64,000 nucleotides of DNA from Antedon mediterranea (taxonomy: Eukaryota; Animalia; Echinodermata), in assembly GCF_964355755.1 (NCBI RefSeq), contig NC_092670.1, positions 8,918,201 to 8,982,200 of the forward strand, given 5' to 3'. Of the stretch, positions 33,928 to 47,709 are shown one piece after another. The notes beneath the pieces were generated by a model, which searched no databases, had not been told where the DNA came from, and saw only the letters and a program-made list of their open reading frames with translations. Positions within the stretch are counted from its first letter, which is position 1, and every line of letters starts with the position of its first letter. Both the position numbers and the translations under genes were made by a program.

Positions 33928-36214
33928 AACGTTTCTGGCTGTTTTACTTTAGCCTTTTGATTTAGCTTTTCACTTTTTTTTTGTATCTTTATTGAGATTC
34001 AGCCACTGATACCCACAGCATTGTCATTTTTTCAGTTATTTGCCTTTGGATTTATATATATAAATATATATAGAGGATTAAGATTATAATATACAGCATT
34101 TAAAATTACCAACTATTAATTAATCAAATCACTTTTGATTAAGTTACTACAATCCTGAATTTGATTAAGGTGATTACTAAGCTTTCTCTTAAAATAGGTT
34201 GCAAGAGTTACAGACGAATGTATCTTTGACATTCAAAGGCAAGGAATTCCAGATCCTCACAATTCTTAGCAGGAATGCTAAATTTACTCGAATCCGTACT
34301 TGTTTATATTTGGCTTATATAAGTTTGAAGTGAAACTCTTAAACTATTTTTCCCTTTAAAATGGTAATGGTCATTTTATCGTCATTGATGTGATATATTT
34401 TCAATTGTTTTGTGTTAGTTCGATTAAAGTTAAACTTTATTCAATTAAATATGTTGTTTTGTGTGGTTTTTTTGTTGGTATCTACAATATCTAAGGATAT
34501 ACTTGGGGTAAATGGGGGAACTTTAGAGGGGTCTGCCAGTGCCAAGGCAGTGTACAGATAGTCTGTTATAGGTCATTTGATATTGCTTACAATGTGCTAA
34601 ATCATAATTATAACATTGGTTGCTGGTGGTATCTACAATATCTAAGCTAGGCCAGTTGGGGGAATGGAGTCTCTAGTCGAACTTTAGAGGGTCTGCCAGG
34701 GCCAAGGCAGTGTACAGATAGTTTGTAATAGGTCATTTGGTGATTGCTTACAATGTGCTAAATCATATAACATTGGTTGCTGGTGGTATCTACAATATCT
34801 AAGCTGGGCTAGTTGGGGAAAGAGGGGTCTCTAGTCTAACTTTAGAGGGGTCTGCCAGGGCCAGGGCAGTGTTCAGATAGTCTGTAATTATAGGTCATTT
34901 GGTATTGCCTACATGTGCTAAATCATATAACATTGGTTGCTGGTGGTATCTACAATATCTAAGCTGGGTTAGTTGGGGGAAGGGGGGCCTAACTTTAGGG
35001 TGTCTGGCACTTGCGGTGCAGCAGACAATTAGTCTGTTGTTATCCATTTAGTATTGTATGAACACAACTTGTTCGTTTGGAATTGATTTTGAGTGGTACC
35101 TCATCACTCATCTATGCTAACCCCATTTTAGGCCCTCCCTCGGGGGGTCTGGCGGGCCTTTTGCAGCAGAGAAAAAGTCTGTCGTTTGTGATACTGTTAT
35201 AAGGATGCCAATGGGCATCCCATGGTGGTAAAATTAGGTGGTATCTCTCTCATCTAACCTGTGCCGATTTTTTAGCACGTTTCGGGGTCCCCCCGGTCTA
35301 GACGCAGCAGGGGGTACCCGGCAGACTCCCATTTTCATTCACTTCAAGTGACCCCCAACACACTCAAATAGTCAGATATTGGTACCTAGCTCATCTAACC
35401 AAATGTCTCTGGGCTGCCGGTCTATTAGTTGCGTATTCGCTTCTTGTTGCTATACGCTTGGGTGCACACGGAACAACACATTTACTGATGAATTATTCAT
35501 GTTTATTTTGTGACGTTTCATGAGGGGGTCCCCAACTTATGTACGAAAAAAAAAATCGCGCGCGGGTCAGCCATTTAAAATTTTACTGAGAAGATCGAGT
35601 TAAGACTATATATATTTAGGAACCATGGCGGTACGGTAACTTTTATATTTTTTAGGCCCCCAACAAAGTATGATCGCCACGAACCACGCACTTCATAGCG
35701 TCACAAGAAAGCGCTAGGCCCCCTAAACATTCCATCGCGTGGTGAATTGCCGCATCTCCCATTGTCGCTATGGCGTGACGTAGCTCAAGTCGGACTTGCG
35801 CGAAGAAAATAATGTAATTTGTATACAGTTGTAAATAAAGATGATTTTCATTATTATAATTTATACCAATGTATATTTAATTAAGCTAATATAAATATAG
35901 ATATTTCATTCATCAATATCTGGCCAATATAACAACTCAATGATTGTTACGTTTTTTATAAACATCGTTTAAAAACCATTTAGTCGACCATTTAGTCTGC
36001 CCCCTCCAGGACTAAAAAAATCGATCAAAATCCGTCTCGATTTAGTCGAGGTTGGCCTGATTTAGTCGGTGATTTAGTTGAAGTTCGGTTTATGAATTAA
36101 AATGACGTCATTTTTTAAGTTTTAGCTCGAACTACGACTAAAGTCCGGTTTAAGAATACGGGCGTAAGTACGAAAGCCCATTAATGCCATTTGAAGTATA
36201 TGTTTTTCGAACGT

Positions 36215-36950
36215 AATCCGTTCTAACGAATTAGTAATTCGTTTGAACGGATTAATAATCTGTTCAAACGAATTAGTAATCCGTTCAAACGAATTGCAAC
36301 ATATACAACAAGTGCCATTTAAAGTATATGTTGTAATTCGTTTAAACGGATTACTAATCCGTTCAAACGAATTACTAATTTGTTTAAACGGATTACTAAT
36401 TTGTTCAAACGAATTACTAATTCGTTCAAACGAATTACTAATTTGTTTAAACGGATTACTAATTTGTTTAAACGAATTAATAATTTGTTTAAACGGATTA
36501 CTAATTCGTTCAAACGAATTAGTAATCCGTTTAAACAAATTAGTAATTTGTTTAAACAAATTAATAATTTGTTTAAACAAATTAATAATTTGTTTAAACA
36601 AATTAATAATTTGTTTAAACGGATTACTAATTTGTTCAAACGAATTACTAATTTGTTTAAACGAATTAGTAATTCGTTTAAACAAATTACTAATTCGTTT
36701 AAACAAATTAGTAATTCGTTCAAACGGATTAGTAATTCGTTTAAACGAATTAGTAATTTGTTTAAACGAATTACTAATTCGTTTAAACAAATTAGTAATT
36801 CGTTTAAACGAATTACTAATCCGTTTGAACAAATTAGTAATCCGTTTAAACGAATTAGTAATTCGTTCAAACAAATTACTAATTTGATTAAACAAATTAC
36901 TAATTCGTTTAAACGGATTACTATCAGATTAGTAATTCGTTCGAACGGAA
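36215..36950. repeat. 21-bp subterminal tandem array in left TIR
   Basis: Unit taatt(c/t)gtttaaac(g/a)aatta(g/c), near-palindromic. Confidence 0.95.
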
Positions 36951-38057
36951 TATTCACTCATTAGTTGAGGGCGCAATTTACCAAACTTTTGACACTACTT
37001 TTACACCACCACCAGTACCGTACGTAGTACCGCGTGTTGGTGTTGGTTGTTCTTATTAAAGTTGTTTGGTAAGTGTATTATTATTATTGTTATTATTAGT
37101 GTTATTGTTATGAAACTATTAACGAATTAAATGTTACAGCATAGTAGCCTAGGTGTTAATTTTTTTCACGCTGCTGCTCTAGCCCGCTACGTCCCATTAG
37201 GACTACTCAATCAGAAGCTAAAGCAGGCAGCAGTTATAGTATCTAAGGATGACAGAAATGCGAAAATGGAAACTCCACTTTAATTTATTGATTCCAGCTG
37301 CTACAACCAAAAAACGTCTGGGAAAAGAGTCTATTAAGACATGTCATGCTAAAATTACAAATCCCAAAGCATTTCTTGTATTTGACTATAATACTGACTT
37401 TTGACTGTAATTCACTGTCAGATATTCATTGAATTATTATCAAAACAGTCCATTAAAGTTTGTGTTTGAAATAGGATACTTCACACTTGAAATATCTAGG
37501 TTGATGAAGTGACCTCCAGACTTGACCTTAGCAATAAAAAATTAACTAAAGTGACAGAAATTGAGTATTCACTTCTGTAACCAAAAAATAATATTTATTC
37601 ACATATAAAAAGAGAAAAGAAACCACAATTTAAGTATTTGTTGCTTTAAATTACCCTTTTTTCAGGGAAAATAACTATTATGTGACAATAAAATGACACA
37701 TTCAAAAACAAATTTGAAATAAAAAATATGTGTCAATAAGCGAGCAGCGTTTTTTGTAAGGAATATTTCTTGTTTATTCAACTTCTCACTAACTCTGTTA
37801 GTGAAGAATCTGGACCAACACCTTTAAAACGGTCCAGTCCCAACTGTGCGTGTTATGCCCAACTCAAGCTCGACAGTATAGACCTGTTGTTTATTTGACT
37901 AGTAGTAACAGTTATCCTTACAGGCCTATGTCTAAAAAATTGTAACAATAAACAATAATAATTGATTTAGATAATGAAAATAACCGTAATCGCTAACCAT
38001 TTTGTTTGTTTATTTGATAGAATCTTGATTAATTCGTATGCGTTCAAGGACACAAGT

Positions 38058-39302
38058 ATGGAAAATAGAAATCTTATTCGATTATATTTCCATTTTGGTT
38101 TAAATTATGAAGAGATAATTGAACGCATGTTTATGGAACATGACGTCCTGTTGAGTGTGCGAACTCTAAAGCGAAGACTTAAGGAAATGAGTCTTTTTCG
38201 GAGAAAATATCATTCGGATATACTAGATGTTGCGATGTTTATTGAGGATCAAATAAATGCATCAGGTCAATTACACGGGTACAGATGGATGCACATGCGA
38301 TGTAAACAAAATGGCTTAAACGTTGACAAGGAGACGGTCCGTATCATTTTGGGTGTTTTAGATCCGGATGGAGTTGCTCTAAGGAGAAGAAAACGACTAC
38401 AGAGGCGACGTTATTTGGTACCAGGCTCGAACTTCATGTGGCATATAGACTCGTATGATAAACTGAAACCTTATGGTATATGCATCAATGGATGTATTGA
38501 TGGTTTTTCTAGACGTGTAATATGGTTAGAGGCTAACTCAACTAGTAGTGATCCTAAGGTAATAGCCGGATATTATATACAAGCTGTTAGAAATTATATG
38601 GGTTGTCCCAAATTTATACGAACCGACTTTGGAACAGAAAATTCAGTTGTCGGTTCGATGCAACAGTTTCTATCGAAAGAAAATAGCAGTTTCATCCGTG
38701 GTACAAGTCAACATAATCAAAGAATAGAGAGTTGGTGGAGTATTCTTCGAAAACACTGTGCACAGTTCTGGATGAATGTATTTAAACAATTAAAAAATGA
38801 TGGAAGGTTTGATGGTGGCCACATCGACAAGTCGTTGATACAGTTTTGCTTCATGAAACTTATTCAGGTAAATTCATACAATTCGAAACAAACAATTGTT
38901 CATTCATGATTTTTAAACTAGCAGATAATTAACATAAACTAGTCAAGTGAATATTTGGTTTATTATTCTTCTCAGAAAGAACTTGACATAATTGTAAACG
39001 AATGGAATGCCCACCGTATTGCAAAATCAAGAAACTGTCACGGGCCTTTTGGAAGGCCCGAAATGATGTATACCATGCCTCATCTTTATGGAGGAGAAGA
39101 ATTCATTGTAGGTGTTGAAGCTGATGAAATTGATGTATGTGGTACTGAATGTACTTTTAAATGTCGAATTCCTTGTGATAAAGATGTCTTTGACCTGTCT
39201 TCAATTCTGATAGAAGAAAGGCAATTAACAATACCAACAAGTTGTGACGAAGGATTGCAACTGTACAACAGTTTAAGAAACATACTTTTAGAAATTGTTT
39301 GA
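38058..39302 (+). CDS. IS3EU-type DDE (integrase-core) transposase, 2 exons, apparently intact
   Basis: Exons 38058-38867 and 38976-39302 (phase-0 GT-AG). HTH SVRTLKRRLK, WHIDSYDKLKPYG, GCIDGFSR, IRTDFGTEN, SQHNQRIESWW, WNAHRI. Confidence 0.9.
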
Positions 39303-40045
39303 TCGTTGTGTTTAAACATTATACTTTCATAGAATCTGTTTCTTAAGTAGGCCTACCTTTTGGCCCATGCAATTATATTTTTGGCCAACACAATTGTAAA
39401 CAACGTTCCTGTCTATTCTGTTTTATTGTAAAATCATTAAGTTGTAATGACAAAAAAAAAACAGTAAAGCAATCAGTTTATATTTTTATGTTTAAATAAA
39501 GCAGGCAAATTTAAAATGATTATTGGACTATTTCTTTCCCAACATCCTAATATGTACGGTAAATTGTATTCATTAGTATGAATTTAATTTCTGTAGTGGT
39601 TCTCGGTATATTCAATTTTTTTTTAAATATAGGCCTATATTTTTAAAACTGTAATGTTGCATCTATTCAATAATGAAATGTAACTGTCTATTATATTACT
39701 GTATGTGTGACTTATTTCTCCCAAAACAACAAATATGAGGGCGTTTAAATGCTCTAATTGCGGTATAACAAAGGTACTCCGAACGTCATAAAGCCGTAAT
39801 TAGAGAATCACGGTGTTGTAATTATGACGCCTATACATTTTTATGGGGTTAGGAATCTATTGGTTTCTGCCCTCAGCATCATTATCATTTTGATTGTTAA
39901 AACTATCTGTCAACAATGTAAATATATAAAACTGTAAAAATGCAATAAATTCATATCAATGTACACAAGAAATGATAACGGTAGAATCACATAAAATAAA
40001 AACTGACGACACCAAAAGTAATGGTACTTGTTTGACTATTAGATT

Positions 40046-40180
40046 AAACAAGGCCAACAGCCATTAGGTCGCGTGCTACAATGCATAGTGATACCGGACC
40101 GACAGACAGACAGACAGACAGACCGACCGACCAACCGACCGACATAGTGAACTATAGAGTCGCGTCCACGCGACTAAAAA
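40046..40180 (-). mobile_element. DINE-1/HINE-like short element
   Basis: Reverse complement of the 33615 family, with (gaca)n(gacc)n. Confidence 0.7.
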
Positions 40181-40589
40181 TCATTGAAAGTGGTTCAGCA
40201 TTAGCAATATAAAGCAGCTAATGAAACGATTCTAGAGTTTGGAAAAATAAAAAGTTCGATATTCTACTCATACTGGAATGAGAAACTTTCAAGGAAATCA
40301 ATGGAAACAATACACAGAAACGTATGTAATTGACACATCTAGAGAGAAAGATATACGACCAAATCCGACGTCTTTTCGACGAATCAAAATTGTGCTTATA
40401 CATTGCCCATAAACATAAAAACCACATTTTAATTATTTTTACTGTATATATAAATTATTTCGAATTAAGTAAAGTAGTACTAGGACTTCTAAGGAGAATG
40501 TTAGGATGGCCACCAGAACAAGTTTTAAAAACGTTTGTAATCAGAGACACAAACGGTATGTCAAAGATTTATCCATGAGATTAACATCA

Positions 40590-42350
40590 ATTCTCAACGA
40601 TTCTGTCGTGGATCAGAACATCTCAAAAATCATCATCTCTACCGTCTATCGTATAAAGACCATATTTTTACCAAAGCTAATACTTTTTAAATGCGTTTTT
40701 AATGCTTCAACTTTCCCACCTGTGAACTTGCTACGTTGGACCTCATCTTGACGAACCTTGAAACTAAATGCCACTCACCCAAAGCAATGTCTTATTGGTT
40801 ATAGCGACCATGTTTGTAGTTTATAGAAACCTAAAGCTCAAGTTACCAGAAATATTGTAAAATCTACTAGTGTTTGCCCCTTCTATGACATCATAATAAG
40901 AGCGTTTGTCACCTGGCTTCAATCTCAGAATTGGAATGACATTTATTGCTGCATCTCTACACAGAGTAAAATTGACGTTTTTTAAAATTCCAAATTGAAC
41001 TCTGCTATCGATGTGTTTTTTTTCCTTAAAAAAATATTAAAATCCACAACACTAACAGACCATGGTTAGTCCAGCACATCAGATAATTTATTTCTGATCG
41101 CCAAAAAGCATTCAAATCCCATGATTTATCACATTGGAAAGTTTTCAGAAATTTAGTTAAAAGGGAAATTACCAAAACCAAGGTTAAATTTAATGTTGAT
41201 AGAATACTGATCCTGGCAAATGGCACAAACAGATTAGAATTATAACCAATACTAAAAAGTCTGATCTTAATATTCCTGTTCCTAGCATTCCACCATCTGA
41301 TCATAAATCCATTGCCGATGCCATTAGTGACTTGTTTACCAACATTAGCTCCCACATCCCGATCTTAAATAACAAGGCCAACAGCCATTAAGTCGCGTGC
41401 TACAATGCATAGTGATACCGGACCGACAGACAGACCGACAGACCGACAGACAGAGAGACCGACCGACCGACATAGTGAACTATACTGACCGAAATTACTG
41501 AACATGTTTAAAAATGTTTAAAAACAAAAAACAACAAAAATATGCGCACTCATGGCAATTTTGTAAACGCTTAAAATTGCCTGAAATGTACTCTTATTTC
41601 ATCGAAAATAAATTTTGTAAATGTTAAGCGCGCGTACGCATGCGTTACATGCGCTACGCACGTAATTGTATTGCCATATGATGATTTATGCCCTGAAATT
41701 TATGAGTACCAAATTTTATTTAATTGTGATTCATGGTTGTGAAGATATGATTACAAACGTGATTTCGTTAAATCGTGCGTAGACCGCGTAATTTTTTATT
41801 GCGCACCGTGAAAACATAACCACATTGATTCCTGGCCATAAGGAATATACTGTGAAAAATTGACCTAGCTAGATTAAACTGATATCAAGATAAGGTCAGA
41901 AAGCGATAAAACGCATAGTGATACCGGACCGACAGACAGACAGACCGACAGACAGACAGACCGACAGACAGACAGACCGACCGACCGACCGACATAGTGA
42001 ACTGTAGAGTCGCTTCCACGCGACTAAAAATTTACTCCCTTCATTCTTACCTTTTCAGTTTATTACTGATTGGATTTTACAGGATATTAGTGTAAAAATT
42101 GATGTTAACCAGTTTGGAAATGTCCATTCCCACTGCCGGACTCATCTGGTGCATTAATGTGTTAAATATAATGGTTTTTTGAATTATGCTTACTTAAAAG
42201 CTGGGGTTCCACATGAACCAAATTAGGCCCAATTTGCTTTCAGATCGTGATCAATGATGCTGGTTCACACTCTAAAATTAAGTATTTAAAATACGTGGAC
42301 GATCTTACTTTTTGTGAGATCGTAAACTCTCTTTACCTGTTTTTTAGATG
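40590..42350 (+). pseudogene. Degraded non-LTR retrotransposon (CR1/L2-group) ORF2 fragments
   Basis: WLQSQNWNDIY, KIHNTNRPWL, ISDRQKAF, FRNLVKREITKTK, a GVP..T..GP-like stretch and LKYVDDLT at ~42285-42310. Many frameshifts. Confidence 0.7.
41371..42030 (-). mobile_element. Longer DINE-1/HINE-like element with two microsatellite blocks
   Basis: Same ends as 40046-40180, with the catagtgataccggacc(gaca)n block duplicated around a ~430-bp core. Confidence 0.7.
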
Positions 42351-43024
42351 ATTTCAATTCTCTTTTTTTTGATCAGCAGGGAGTTTATTCACAGATTTTA
42401 GAGAGACTTTGAACTTCTTTGGTTTCGTATGAATATGACAAGATGTTTGCATGTTTTGTGATTGTGAAGTTGTTGTTGTTACTATTATTTTCAGCGCTTT
42501 TGTGAGATTGAATCATAATTTAGTAATCCAAGAGGATAACGGATTCCAACCCACAGAAGCGTGTCTATGGCAAAAAAAAAAACAAATAATATATTTTCAA
42601 TAACGTTCAATCTTTTATTAAAATACAAAAAGCAAAACATTTGGAATATGAATAAGTTGCCTTTGTGATTTAAGGCATGTTTCAGATACCGATATTAAAT
42701 CAAAATTAAGGGATTTGCAAGCTGGTATTGAATCAAATGTATAAGAATACTCCTTGCATTAAAATGATTACGAGAAAAACTTCCCACACATTGAATTATA
42801 TATACTTCTGAAAAATGTAAGATCATGAAAAAACGATCTATCTGGATCAATAGCATTTAAATGTTTACTAGTTTCTAAATATAAGGATTAAAACCAAATT
42901 GTTAAGCCTATAGTTTAAACAGGCTTTAGATCTGATGATTCGTTCATTTAAAATTACAAATATAAATGTAGTGTTGAATAAGCACAACAAATCATCAGGT
43001 TACGAAACATACCAAAAGTCCTAT

Positions 43025-43297
43025 GAAAGCAACAACTCATACTTATTTCTGCAACCAACATGCAGTTATAAAATAATGAAGCAACAAGTCATACTTCAGC
43101 CACCTTAATTAAGGTGCAAAGTTAAAATCTAAAAACAAGGAAGACAAATTTAACATTTCTGCAACCAACATGCAGTGTACATTGTTTTAAATTAATGAAA
43201 AGCAAAAACTAATACTTCAGCCACCTTAATTAAGGTGCAAAGTCAAAATCTAAAAACAAAGAAGACAAAGTTAACATTTCTGCAACCAACATGCAGT
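43025..43297. repeat. ~120-bp tandem duplication (2+ copies)
   Basis: atttctgcaaccaacatgcagt occurs 3 times and atacttcagccaccttaattaaggtgcaaagt twice. Confidence 0.8.
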
Positions 43298-43426
43298 AGA
43301 AGAAAAAAACACAGTATGATGCTGAATTTATCATGGCATAGATAGAGGAACTTGACAACAATGTGTATGGGCGAGTTCTTTGATTTTTTTTTTCCTGGCT
43401 TATGTTCATTAGAACTTTTTTTTTTT

Positions 43427-44680
43427 AATCGTACACATTCATATGTTCACATTTAAGTACATCATGTAATCGTTCACATTCATATGTTCACATTTAAGTA
43501 CACCATGTAATCGTACACATTCATATGTTCACATTTAAGTACACCATGTAATCGTACACATTCATATATACACCTTTAAGTACACCATGTAATCGTGCAC
43601 ATTCATATATGCACATTTAAGTACACCATGTAATCATTCACATTCATATGTTCACATTTAAGTACGCCATGCAATCGTTCACATTCATATGTTCACATTT
43701 AAGTACACCATGAAATCGTTCACATTCTTATATACACATTAAGTACAACATGCAATTGTTCACATTCATATACACATTTAAGTACGCCATGCAATCGTGC
43801 ACATTCATATGTTCACATTTAAGTACACCATGAAATGGTTCACATTTATATGTTCACATTTAAGTACACCATGTAATCGTTCACATTCATATATACACCT
43901 TAAGTACACCATGTAATCTTTCACATATATATGTTCATATTAAAGTACAACATGTAATTGTTCACATTCATATATGCACATTTAAGTACACCATGTAATC
44001 GTTCACATTCATATATACACCTTTAAGTACACCATGTAATCTTTCACATTCATATGTTCATATTAAAGTACAACATGTAATTGTTCACATTCATATACAC
44101 CTTTAAGTACACCATGTAATCTTTCACATTCATATGTTCATATTAAAGTACACCATGAAATGGTTCACATTTATATGTTCACATTTAAGTACACCATGTA
44201 ATCGTTGACATTCATATGTTCATATTAAGGTACAACATGTAATTGTTCACATTCATATATGCACATTTAAGTACACCATGTAATCGTTCACATTCATATA
44301 TGCACATTTAAGTACACCATGTAATCGTACACTATTTATATATACACCTTTAAGTACACCATGTAATCGTGCACATTCATATATGCACATTTAAGTACAC
44401 CATGTAATCGTACACTATTCATATATACACCTTTAAGTACACCATGTAATCGTTCACATTCATATGTTCACATTTAAGTACACCATGTAATCGTGCACAT
44501 TCATATGCACATTTAGGTACAGCATGTAATTGTTCACATTCATATATGCACATTTAAGTACACCATGTAATCGTTCACATTCATATGTTCACATTTAAGT
44601 ACATCATGTAATTGTTCAAATTCATATGTTCACATTTAAGTACATCATGTAATTGTTCACATTCATATGTTCACATTTAA
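43427..44680. repeat. 41-bp minisatellite (~30 units)
   Basis: Unit aatcgttcacattcatatgttcacatttaagtacaccatgt. Confidence 0.95.
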
Positions 44681-45404
44681 GTTCACCCATTTTACTCGTA
44701 CCGTTGTTCTGTGTGTCCTTGTACGTTCTTGTTACAATTATATGAAGGACCAACAAACTGTAGACTAATATGCAAATTATCTCGGTATGCACTATGCAAA
44801 CGCCCATATACAGTGAACGATTAATAGTAATATATGAAAGCTAAATGCGAGTGTGTTTGATTTGTAAGCTTTCTAATTATTTAACCCAACTTAACTTAAT
44901 ATAATTCAGGCATCTAGATTAACATTCTGAGGTCAAAGGTCGAAATCGACTAACTACAACTGTACTAACCAACCTCTGTGAATTCTTCTGAGTTCTTTGG
45001 TGCTCTTTGAGCAGTTTCAATCCTAACATCAAGTAGTTTAAAATCGGGAGTTTAATAGTGTTTAATTTGTTCAAGTGAATGTTTAGTAAATGACTAAGGG
45101 ATGCCCCAAACTTCAAGTTATAATGTTCCAGCTTAGGGTTGAATATTTTCTCATTGGTTTTTTTTCTGCAGCATTTCTTGTTCTACAACAGTGCAAAAAT
45201 GTATAAATAATTGATAAAAGAAATGGCAGTTACTGAATAAAGCACATGGTTGCTTACATATCAATGAAAAGGGTAAAAGGTTAAATAGTTCCAGTAGCAT
45301 CAACGTTACAGTTATCCCGGTAAGATTACATAACAAAAACGGTAGTTAAAACAAGTTCTGTATCTATAAATTGTTGATCTGATACAATTAAAGCAGATAT
45401 AGTG

Positions 45405-47709
45405 TTAAGCAATGTCCATTACCCATACTGAACTTGAAAGTATTTGCTCAAATTCTTTCTTCAAATCCAGAAAATTCTCATAGTTTTTTGGTACCTGAAG
45501 TTCATTACCGCAAGTATGTGCAATTGGTCTTCTTTCAAAACCATCCAACTCACTGAATGACACATTAATATTTTCTGTGATCACATCAGATCCGGTACAA
45601 AATCTTAAAAAGTTTTTAAGTAATTTATCATCTAGAGAGCGTACAAAACGTCGCAAGTATGTGGCCGTTGAACTCTCATTTACCGACATCAGATCTGGGA
45701 ATTTCATCAATGAAACAACTTTTTTGGTGTTTGGCCGAAGGTCTTCATACATTTTGAAGAAAGATTCCTTTGTGAAGTTATCCTTTAAAGGAGAAAGAGC
45801 GGGACGCATAGCATCAGCTATAAACATTGGTTTCTGTATTATCTCTTTGTGGCCTAACTCGTTTACTATTCTTAATATGTTTTCTTTTGACACCATCTTT
45901 CTGCAATCGTAGCTTCCTAGTATGTCTATTAGTTCACTGGTATCGTCTGGAAACTCTTTCATCGCTGTTTGTATCACCTCTCTTTCCGACTCCGGTACAA
46001 ACTCCAAAAATTAGCTGCTTGTATCTATGTCAATACACGAGCCAAATATGGCTGTCGCAATGAAGGGAGGGGCAAAAGAAATTGGAAAAAAGTGCTTTTC
46101 CAACCAACCTTTTGTGATTATTCGCCCTACAGCTCTCCATTCAGTTTCAGAATAATCATGCCTGATTACCGGGACTTTAAATGTGTCGCCAATTGTCAGT
46201 CGCTGAAAAAAATCTTGCCAGAACTGTGTAAGAGCATCTTTAAATACACCACTCCCAGAACCTGCCTCGATATCTCCGTTTGGTAAAATCATGTGAAAGG
46301 CCAAGTGCATGTTCATAATGTTTTCATTTGTGAAAACGTTTATCATGTCTTCTATAACGAAGCTTCTCCGGATAAGAACTATTTCAACAACTTCATTAGG
46401 AATTGTATCATCTAAGTAAATTGGGTTATCATCTTCAAGTGTTGGGCCAAATAAAATAGTTGGGGTGTCTGGTTGCTGAAGAGGAGACTGTGGAGATTGT
46501 GGAATTTCAACGTTAGTGGCAATATCAATAAATGGAAAGTCAATATTATCTGAGTGATAAAGACTATTCTTTGAAAGGTTGGCTGTTGAATGTTCAAGTC
46601 CAACAAATGGAATAGCAAAATCATCAAATTCTGATTCTTGATCATCATACTCATTGCTTGCACTGCCATTTTCATTGGTTTTCGTTTTAAGAGATGTTTT
46701 AAGATAGAATCTTAAGGTAGCCATTTTTGATTCCTCATAGAGTTGACCGACTGTTGTATACTGATCTAATTTCAAATGTCGAAAATCACAAACTTCACAG
46801 TCAAATGATTCTAATGGCCCTTTTGAAGAAATGCCATTTTTAAAAAACAGGTCTTTAGCAACTTCCAGAAGTTGACAAGGTGTAGTAGACTTTGCAATTG
46901 CCAATTGGCGCGTGCCCCCTCCATTTTGCTTTCTTACTTGTTTCAATTTGCCTGTAGTTGGGCATTTATTTAGCCACCCTACATCGATCCTTCTCTCGGC
47001 TTTGCGGGCATTTTTATTGCCTTTAAGACGTACTGACCTAGTTTCGGACTTACTGTCACTTTCTTCGTCATCACTGCTGCTTGTGCTTTCTTCTTTTCCT
47101 CTTTTTAATTTAAGCTTATTCCGTAACCTACATAGTATGGTATTTTTTTTTGGTGAAGACTTTTTTTTATCTTCGCAAAAGGATCTTATTGCGATTCTAT
47201 CACCCACCAATGGAATGAAGTTACTTAATTCCTCATCTGTCATCAGCCCAATGACTTGTTTGTTTATCTGCAATAAAATTATGTAAAAGTAAATTAAAGT
47301 ATTACATTTCAAAATATGAATGGAAAAAGCTATGTTGCAGTCACAGTTTCATTTTATAATTGATAATTTTATGATTTGTTATCCATCAACAAATTATTAT
47401 ATATAATTACATTATATCAATTATTATAACTAGGGCTAGGCTACAAATTAGCTGTACCGCTGTCATTTAATACTCAATTGATAATTAATAACAATAAATA
47501 ATCTGAAATTTATTTATTTTATTGTATAACATAAAATAATATATAATATTGTATAATTATTTCTTTGACAATTTTCATCCTACATAAGGATACCCATGAT
47601 ATCACTGCATCAGCCTAGGGCCTACCTTTTCATTTTTCATCCGTTCTACTACTTCATCCTCAATACCACGACTGGCCATATACTCAAATACATCTTCTTT
47701 ATTCGTCAT
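45405..47709 (-). pseudogene. SAM-like + HECT-domain E3 ubiquitin ligase (G2E3-like), second gene of the IS3EU element; one in-frame stop
   Basis: Exon 47709-47626 (MTNKEDVFEYMASRGIEDEVVERMKNEK) splices to 47267. EAGSGSGVFKDALTQFW, FLRFCTGSD, RPIAHTCGNELQVP (catalytic Cys). A TAA at 46013-46011 separates two same-frame ORFs. Confidence 0.85.

Larger units (their letters stand above)
29999..35423. mobile_element. 5.4-kb foldback unit: ~1.5-kb inverted repeats enclosing a Penelope-like element
   Basis: 29999-31530 is the reverse complement of ~33887-35423 (agaccggcagcccagagacatttgg ... ccaaatgtctctgggctgccggtct). Each arm holds ~4.5 copies of a ~160-bp repeat. Confidence 0.9.

Noticed and set aside
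36122-36964. Long heptad/LRR-like ORFs (FKRITNL / LNELVIR)
   Set aside because: Artefact of a 21-bp near-palindromic DNA array, open on both strands and lying inside TIRs.
43427-44680. CRISPR-like 41-bp periodicity
   Set aside because: Head-to-tail minisatellite with no spacers.
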